Assembly: GCF_009914755.1 (NCBI RefSeq)
Contig: NC_060942.1
Strand: one strand, 5' to 3'
Length of the DNA stretch: 64,000 nt
Source of the DNA: the human T2T-CHM13v2.0 reference genome, Homo sapiens
In this document: piece after piece, positions 55,760 through 64,000 of the stretch
Layout: each line of letters opens with the position of its first letter
Numbering within the stretch: the stretch's first letter is position 1
The notes under the pieces: model-generated
Database searches by the model: none
What the model was told of the DNA's origin: nothing
Seen by the model: only the letters and a program-made list of their open reading frames with translations
Translations under genes and position numbers: made by a program

Positions 55760-57452
55760 CATTCTCAGAAACTTGTTTGTGATGTGTGCCCTCTACTGAC
55801 AGAGTTGAACCTTTCTTTTCATAGAGCAGTTTTGAAACACTCTTTTTGTAGAATCTGCAAGAGGATATTTGCATAGCTTTGAGGATTTCGTGGGAAACGG
55901 GATTGTCTTCAGGTAAAATCTAGACAGAAGCATTCTCAGAAACTTCTTTGGGATGTTTGCATTCAAGTCACAGAGTAGAACATTCCCTTTGGTAGAGCAG
56001 GTTTGAAACACTCTTTTTTTAGTATATGGAAGTGGACATTTGGATCGCTTTCAGGCCTACGTTGGAAAAGGAAATATCTTCCCATAACAACTAGACAGAA
56101 GCATTCTCAGAAACTAGTTTCTGATGTGTGTCCTCAACTAACACAGTTGAACATTTCTTTAGACAGAACAGTTTTGAAACACTCTTTTTGTGGAATCTGC
56201 AAGTGGCTATTTGGCTGGATTTGAGGATTTCGTTGGAAACGGGATTACATATAAAAAGCAGTCAGCAGCATTCTCAGAAAGTTCTTTGTGATGATTGCAT
56301 TCAAGTCACAGAATTGAACATTCCCTTTCACAGAGCAGGTTTGAAACACTCTTTTTGTAGTGTGTGTAAGTGGACATTTGGAGCACTTACCGGCCTAAGG
56401 TGAAAAAGGAAATATCTTCCCATAAAAACTAGACAGAAGCATTCTCAGAAACTTACTCGTGATGTGTGTCCTCAACTAAAGGAGTAGAACCTTTCTTTTC
56501 ATAGAGAAGTTTTGAAACGCTCTTTTTGTGGAATCTGCAAGTGGATATTTGGCTAGTTTTGAGGATTTCGTTGGAAGCGGGAATTCATACAAATTGCAGA
56601 CTGCAGCGTTCTGAGAAACATCTTTGTGATGTTTGTATTCAGGACACAGAGTTGAACATTCCCTATCATAGAGCAGGTTGGAATCACTCCTTTTGTAGTA
56701 TCTGGAAGTGGACATTTGGAGCGCTTTCAGGCCTATGTTGGAAAAGGAAATATCTTCCCATAACAACTAGACAGAAGCATTCTCAGAAACTTATTTGAGA
56801 TGTGTGTACTCAACTAAGAGAATTGAACCACCGTTTTGAAGGAGCAGTTTTGAAACTCTCTTTTTCTGGAATCTGCAAGTGGATATTTGGCTAGCTTTGG
56901 GGATTTCGCTGGAAGCGGGAATACATATAAAAAGCACACAGCAGCGTTCTGAGAAACTGCTTTCTGATGTTTGCATTCAAGTCAAAAGTTGAACACTCCC
57001 TTTCATAGAGCAGTCTTGAAACACCCCTTTTGTAGTATCTGGAACTGGACTTTTGGAGCGATTTCAGGGCTAAGGTGAAAAAGGAAATATCTTCCCATAA
57101 AAACTGGACAGAAGCATTCTCAGAAACTTGGTTATGCTGTATCTACTCAACTAACAAAGTTGAACCTTTCTTTTGATAGAGCAGTTTTGAAATGGTCTTT
57201 TTGTGGAATCTGCAAGTGGATATTTGGCTAGTTTTGAGGATTTCGTTGGAAGCGGGAATTCATACAAATTGCAGACTGCAGCGTTCTGAGAAACATCTTT
57301 GTGATGTTTGTATTCAGGACACAGAGTTGAACATTCCCTATCATAGAGCAGGTTGGAATCACTCCTTTTGTAGTATCTGGAAGTGGACATTTGGAGCGCT
57401 TTCAGGCCTATTTTGGAAAGGGAAATATCTTCCCGTAACAACTATGCAGAAG
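55760..57452 (+). repeat. 10-mer HOR structural variant (H28, 1693 bp; 342 bp two-monomer deletion)
   Basis: The period drops to 1693 (ORFs at 55793 and 57486). The m1 end 'caggtaaaatctaga' runs into m4-type 'ctctttttttagtatatgg', and m3 is missing. Confidence 0.95.
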
Positions 57453-60400
57453 CATTCTCAGAAACTTGTTTGTGATGTGTGCCCTCTACTGACAGAGTTG
57501 AACCTTTCTTTTCATAGAGCAGTTTTGAAACACTCTTTTTGTAGAATCTGCAAGAGGATATTTGCATAGCTTTGAGGATTTCGTGGGAAACGGGATTGTC
57601 TTCAGGTAAAATCTAGACAGAAGCATTCTCAGAAACTTCTTTGGGATGTTTGCATTCAAGTCACAGAGTAGAACATTCCCTTTGGTAGAGCAGGTTTGAA
57701 ACACTCTTTTTGTAGTATCTGGAAGTGGACATTTGGAGCGCTTTCAGGCCCATGTTGGAAAGGGAAATATCTTCCCGTAACAACTAGGCAGAAGCATTCT
57801 CAGAAACTTATTTGAGATGTGTGTACTCAACTAAGAGAATTGAACCACCGTTTTGAAGGAGCAGTTTTGAAACACTCTTTTTCTGGAATCTGCAAGAGTA
57901 TATTTGCCTAGCCTTGAGGATTTCGTTGGAAACGGGATTGTCTTCAGAGAAAATCTAGACAGAAGCATTCTCAGAAACTTCTTTGGGATGTTTGCATTCA
58001 AGTCACAGAGTAGAACATTCCCTTTGGTAGAGCAGGTTTGAAACACTCTTTTTGTAGTATCTGGAAGTGGACATTTGGAGCGCTTTCAGGCCTACGTTGG
58101 AAAAGGAAATATCTTCCCATAACAACTAGACAGAAGCATTCTCAGAAACTAGTTTCTGATGTGTGTCCTCAACTAACACAGTTGAACATTTCTTTAGACA
58201 GAACAGTTTTGAAACACTCTTTTTGTGGAATCTGCAAGTGGCTATTTGGCTAGATTTGAGGATTTCGTTGGAAACGGGATTACATATAAAAAGCAGTCAG
58301 CAGCATTCTCAGAAAGTTCTTTGTGATGATTGCATTCAAGTCACAGAATTGAACATTCCCTTTCACAGAGCAGGTTTGAAACACTCTTTTTGTAGTGTGT
58401 GTAAGTGGACATTTGGAGCACTTACCGGCCTAAGGTGAAAAAGGAAATATCTTCCCATAAAAACTAGACAGAAGCATTCTCAGAAACTTACTCGTGATGT
58501 GTGTCCTCAACTAAAGGAGTAGAACCTTTCTTTTCATAGAGAAGTTTTGAAACGCTCTTTTTGTGGAATCTGCAAGTGGATATTTGGCTAGTTTTGAGGA
58601 TTTCGTTGGAAGCGGGAATTCATACAAATTGCAGACTGCAGCGTTCTGAGAAACATCTTTGTGATGTTTGTATTCAGGACACAGAGTTGAACATTCCCTA
58701 TCATAGAGCAGGTTGGAATCACTCCTTTTGTAGTATCTGGAAGTGGACATTTGGAGCGCTTTCAGGCCTATGTTGGAAAAGGAAATATCTTCCCATAACA
58801 ACTAGACAGAAGCATTCTCAGAAACTTATTTGAGATGTGTGTACTCAACTAAGAGAATTGAACCACCGTTTTGAAGGAGCTGTTTTGAAACACTCTTTTT
58901 CTGGAATCTGCAAGTGGATATTTGGCTAGCTTTGGGGATTTCGCTGGAAGCGGGAATACATATAAAAAGCACACAGCAGCGTTCTGAGAAACTGCTTTCT
59001 GATGTTTGCATTCAAGTCAAAAGTTGAACACTCCCTTTCATAGAGCAGTCTTGAAACACCCCTTTTGTAGTATCTGGAACTGGACTTTTGGAGCGATTTC
59101 AGGGCTAAGGTGAAAAAGGAAATATCTTCCCATAAAAACTGGACAGAAGCATTCTCAGAAACTTGGTTATGCTGTATCTACTCAACTAACAAAGTTGAAC
59201 CTTTCTTTTGATAGAGCAGTTTTGAAATGGTCTTTTTGTGGAATCTGCAAGTGGATATTTGGCTAGTTTTGAGGATTTCGTTGGAAGCGGGAATTCATAC
59301 AAATTGCAGACTGCAGCGTTCTGAGAAACATCTTTGTGATGTTTGTATTCAGGACACAGAGTTGAACATTCCCTATCATAGAGCAGGTTGGAATCACTCC
59401 TTTTGTAGTATCTGGAAGTGGACATTTGGAGCGCTTTCAGGCCTATTTTGGAAAGGGAAATATCTTCCCGTAACAACTATGCAGAAGCATTCTCAGAAAC
59501 TTGTTTGTGATGTGTGCCCTCTACTGACAGAGTTGAACCTTTCTTTTCATAGAGCAGTTTTGAAACACTCTTTTTGTAGAATCTGCAAGAGGATATTTGC
59601 ATAGCTTTGAGGATTTCGTGGGAAACGGGATTGTCTTCAGGTAAAATCTAGACAGAAGCATTCTCAGAAACTTCTTTGGGATGTTTGCATTCAAGTCACA
59701 GAGTAGAACATTCCCTTTGGTAGAGCAGGTTTGAAACACTCTTTTTGTAGTATCTGGAAGTGGACATTTGGAGCGCTTTCAGGCCCATGTTGGAAAGGGA
59801 AATATCTTCCCGTAACAACTAGGCAGAAGCATTCTCAGAAACTTATTTGAGATGTGTGTACTCAACTAAGAGAATTGAACCACCGTTTTGAAGGAGCAGT
59901 TTTGAAACACTCTTTTTCTGGAATCTGCAAGAGTATATTTGCCTAGCCTTGAGGATTTCGTTGGAAACGGGATTGTCTTCAGAGAAAATCTAGACAGAAG
60001 CATTCTCAGAAACTTCTTTGGGATGTTTGCATTCAAGTCACAGAGTAGAACATTCCCTTTGGTAGAGCAGGTTTGAAACACTCTTTTTTTAGTATATGGA
60101 AGTGGACATTTGGATCGCTTTCAGGCCTACGTTGGAAAAGGAAATATCTTCCCATAACAACTAGACAGAAGCATTCTCAGAAACTAGTTTCTGATGTGTG
60201 TCCTCAACTAACACAGTTGAACATTTCTTTAGACAGAACAGTTTTGAAACACTCTTTTTGTGGAATCTGCAAGTGGCTATTTGGCTGGATTTGAGGATTT
60301 CGTTGGAAACGGGATTACATATAAAAAGCAGTCAGCAGCATTCTCAGAAAGTTCTTTGTGATGATTGCATTCAAGTCACAGAATTGAACATTCCCTTTCA

Positions 60401-63400
60401 CAGAGCAGGTTTGAAACACTCTTTTTGTAGTGTGTGTAAGTGGACATTTGGAGCACTTACCGGCCTAAGGTGAAAAAGGAAATATCTTCCCATAAAAACT
60501 AGACAGAAGCATTCTCAGAAACTTACTCGTGATGTGTGTCCTCAACTAAAGGAGTAGAACCTTTCTTTTCATAGAGAAGTTTTGAAACGCTCTTTTTGTG
60601 GAATCTGCAAGTGGATATTTGGCTAGTTTTGAGGATTTCGTTGGAAGCGGGAATTCATACAAATTGCAGACTGCAGCGTTCTGAGAAACATCTTTGTGAT
60701 GTTTGTATTCAGGACACAGAGTTGAACATTCCCTATCATAGAGCAGGTTTGAATCACTCCTTTTGTAGTATCTGGAAGTGGACATTTGGAGTGCTTTCAG
60801 GCCTATGTTGGAAAAGGAAATATCTTCCCATAACAACTAGACAGAAGCATTCTCAGAAACTTATTTGAGATGTGTGTACTCAACTAAGAGAATTGAACCA
60901 CCGTTTTGAAGGAGCAGTTTTGAAACACTCTTTTTCTGGAATCTGCAAGTGGATATTTGGCTAGCTTTGGGGATTTCGCTGGAAGCGGGAATACATATAA
61001 AAAGCACACAGCAGCGTTCTGAGAAACTGCTTTCTGATGTTTGCATTCAAGTCAAAAGTTGAACACTCCCTTTCATAGAGCAGTCTTGAAACACCCCTTT
61101 TGTAGTATCTGGAACTGGACTTTTGGAGCGATTTCAGGGCTAAGGTGAAAAAGGAAATATCTTACCATAAAAACTGGACAGAAGCATTCTCAGAAACTTG
61201 GTTATGCTGTATCTACTCAACTAACAAAGTTGAACCTTTCTTTTGATAGAGCAGTTTTGAAATGGTCTTTTTGTGGAATCTGCAAGTGGATATTTGGCTA
61301 GTTTTGAGGATTTCGTTGGAAGCGGGAATTCATACAAATTGCAGACTGCAGCGTTCTGAGAAACATCTTTGTGATGTTTGTATTCAGGACAGAGAGTTGA
61401 ACATTCCCTATCATAGAGCAGGTTGGAATCACTCCTTTTGTAGTATCTGGAAGTGGACATTTGGAGCGCTTTCAGGCCTATTTTGGAAAGGGAAATATCT
61501 TCCCGTAACAACTATGCAGAAGCATTCTCAGAAACTTGTTTGTGATGTGTGCCCTCTACTGACAGAGTTGAACCTTTCTTTTCATAGAGCAGTTTTGAAA
61601 CACTCTTTTTGTAGAATCTGCAAGAGGATATTTGCATAGCTTTGAGGATTTCGTGGGAAACGGGATTGTCTTCAGGTAAAATCTAGACAGAAGCATTCTC
61701 AGAAACTTCTTTGGGATGTTTGCATTCAAGTCACAGAGTAGAACATTCCCTTTGGTAGAGCAGGTTTGAAACACTCTTTTTGTAGTATCTGGAAGTGGAC
61801 ATTTGGAGCGCTTTCAGGCCCATGTTGGAAAGGGAAATATCTTCCCGTAACAACTAGGCAGAAGCATTCTCAGAAACTTATTTGAGATGTGTGTACTCAA
61901 CTAAGAGAATTGAACCACCGTTTTGAAGGAGCAGTTTTGAAACACTCTTTTTCTGGAATCTGCAAGAGTATATTTGCCTAGCCTTGAGGATTTCGTTGGA
62001 AACGGGATTGTCTTCAGAGAAAATCTAGACAGAAGCATTCTCAGAAACTTCTTTGGGATGTTTGCATTCAAGTCACAGAGTAGAACATTCCCTTTGGTAG
62101 AGCAGGTTTGAAACACTCTTTTTTTAGTATATGGAAGTGGACATTTGGATCGCTTTCAGGCCTACGTTGGAAAAGGAAATATCTTCCCATAACAACTAGA
62201 CAGAAGCATTCTCAGAAACTAGTTTCTGATGTGTGTCCTCAACTAACACAGTTGAACATTTCTTTAGACAGAACAGTTTTGAAACACTCTTTTTGTGGAA
62301 TCTGCAAGTGGCTATTTGGCTAGATTTGAGGATTTCGTTGGAAACGGGATTACATATAAAAAGCAGTCAGCAGCATTCTCAGAAAGTTCTTTGTGATGAT
62401 TGCATTCAAGTCACAGAATTGAACATTCCCTTTCACAGAGCAGGTTTGAAACACTCTTTTTGTAGTGTGTGTAAGTGGACATTTGGAGCACTTACCGGCC
62501 TAAGGTGAAAAAGGAAATATCTTCCCATAAAAACTAGACAGAAGCATTCTCAGAAACTTACTCGTGATGTGTGTCCTCAACTAAAGGAGTAGAACCTTTC
62601 TTTTCATAGAGAAGTTTTGAAACGCTCTTTTTGTGGAATCTGCAAGTGGATATTTGGCTAGTTTTGAGGATTTCGTTGGAAGCGGGAATTCATACAAATT
62701 GCAGACTGCAGCGTTCTGAGAAACATCTTTGTGATGTTTGTATTCAGGACACAGAGTTGAACATTCCCTATCATAGAGCAGGTTGGAATCACTCCTTTTG
62801 TAGTATCTGGAAGTGGACATTTGGAGCGCTTTCAGGCCTATGTTGGAAAAGGAAATATCTTCCCATAACAACTAGACAGAAGCATTCTCAGAAACTTATT
62901 TGAGATGTGTGTACTCAACTAAGAGAATTGAACCACCGTTTTGAAGGAGCAGTTTTGAAACTCTCTTTTTCTGGAATCTGCAAGTGGATATTTGGCTAGC
63001 TTTGGGGATTTCGCTGGAAGCGGGAATACATATAAAAAGCACACAGCAGCGTTCTGAGAAACTGCTTTCTGATGTTTGCATTCAAGTCAAAAGTTGAACA
63101 CTCCCTTTCATAGAGCAGTCTTGAAACACCCCTTTTGTAGTATCTGGAACTGGACTTTTGGAGCGATTTCAGGGCTAAGGTGAAAAAGGAAATATCTTCC
63201 CATAAAAACTGGACAGAAGCATTCTCAGAAACTTGTTTATGCTGTATCTACTCAACTAACAAAGTTGAACCTTTCTTTTGATAGAGCAGTTTTGAAATGG
63301 TCTTTTTGTGGAATCTGCAAGTGGATATTTGGCTAGTTTTGAGGATTTCGTTGGAAGCGGGAATTCATACAAATTGCAGACTGCAGCGTTCTGAGAAACA

Positions 63401-64000
63401 TCTTTGTGATGTTTGTATTCAGGACACAGAGTTGAACATTCCCTATCATAGAGCAGGTTGTAATCACTCCTTTTGTAGTATCTGGAAGTGGACATTTGGA
63501 GCGCTTTCAGGCCTATTTTGGAAAGGGAAATATCTTCCCGTAACAACTATGCAGAAGCATTCTCAGAAACTTGTTTGTGATGTGTGCCCTCTACTGACAG
63601 AGTTGAACCTTTCTTTTCATAGAGCAGTTTTGAAACACTCTTTTTGTAGAATCTGCAAGAGGATATTTGCATAGCTTTGAGGATTTCGTGGGAAACGGGA
63701 TTGTCTTCAGGTAAAATCTAGACAGAAGCATTCTCAGAAACTTCTTTGGGATGTTTGCATTCAAGTCACAGAGTAGAACATTCCCTTTGGTAGAGCAGGT
63801 TTGAAACACTCTTTTTGTAGTATCTGGAAGTGGACATTTGGAGCGCTTTCAGGCCCATGTTGGAAAGGGAAATATCTTCCCGTAACAACTAGGCAGAAGC
63901 ATTCTCAGAAACTTATTTGAGATGTGTGTACTCAACTAAGAGAATTGAACCACCGTTTTGAAGGAGCAGTTTTGAAACACTCTTTTTCTGGAATCTGCAA
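57453..64000 (+). repeat. Three canonical 12-mer HORs (H29-H31) plus partial H32
   Basis: Units start at 57453, 59488, 61523 and 63558; the array runs off the end of the window. Confidence 0.95.

Larger units (their letters stand above)
1..64000 (+). repeat. Centromeric alpha-satellite higher-order repeat array, 2035 bp 12-mer, single orientation; probably human chr18 D18Z1 (SF2, S2C18H1L)
   Basis: The alphoid motif CATTCTCAGAAACT / CGTTCTGAGAAA recurs every 167-171 bp, and the ORF track repeats at an exact 2035 bp period (e.g. 173, 2208, 4243). CENP-B boxes lie in alternate monomers. EcoRI sites at 1303 and 1978 give 675 and 1360 bp fragments, matching my recollection of the ~0.68 and 1.36 kb chr18 alphoid units. 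The alpha-satellite call is near certain; the chromosome assignment is about 0.8. Confidence 0.98.

Noticed and set aside
14-63809. Hundreds of 60-125 aa ORFs on both strands, repeated every 2035 bp
   Set aside because: These are chance open frames in alpha satellite. They overlap in several frames and strands, show no recognisable domain or gene structure, and are identical only because the DNA repeat is identical.
1-64000. CRISPR-like pattern of a conserved 'cagaagcattctcagaaact' motif separated by variable sequence
   Set aside because: The intervening ~150 bp segments are homologous monomers, not unique spacers, and no cas genes are present.
1-64000. Possible L1/Alu/ERV insertion, inversion or non-satellite island
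   Set aside because: The period is exactly 2035 bp except for +675 and -342 bp, both explained by whole-monomer changes. I saw no poly-A tails, target-site duplications or strand switch.
1-64000. A previously undescribed gene-based biological system
   Set aside because: Nothing in the window supports one. All sequence is accounted for by a known class of centromeric satellite, and any novelty is limited to the local HOR variant and haplotype structure.

Overview
The whole 64 kb window is one uninterrupted, head-to-tail array of primate (human-type) centromeric alpha satellite. Monomers of 167-171 bp alternate between CENP-B-box-positive and box-negative types and are organised into a 2035 bp, 12-monomer higher-order repeat (HOR). 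The 12-mer length and the 675 + 1360 bp EcoRI spacing best fit the chromosome 18 active array D18Z1 (SF2, S2C18H1L); this assignment is from recall and was not checked by alignment. Taking monomer starts at 'cattctcagaaa', I number the HORs H1 (start 140) to H32 (start 63558, partial). There are 29 canonical 12-mers, one 16-mer (20490-23199, +675 bp), one 10-mer (55760-57452, -342 bp) and partial units at both ends. I see no genes, RNA genes, transposon insertions, inversions or CRISPR arrays, and all listed ORFs are repeat-derived artefacts. I found no new gene system. What is notable is the recombination record: both structural variants break inside near-identical tracts within the HOR, SNP haplotypes show a 2-HOR (4070 bp) super-period, and some HORs are mosaics sharing rare alleles over 30-45 kb. 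SNPs were read by eye and from ORF-track differences, so the list may be incomplete.
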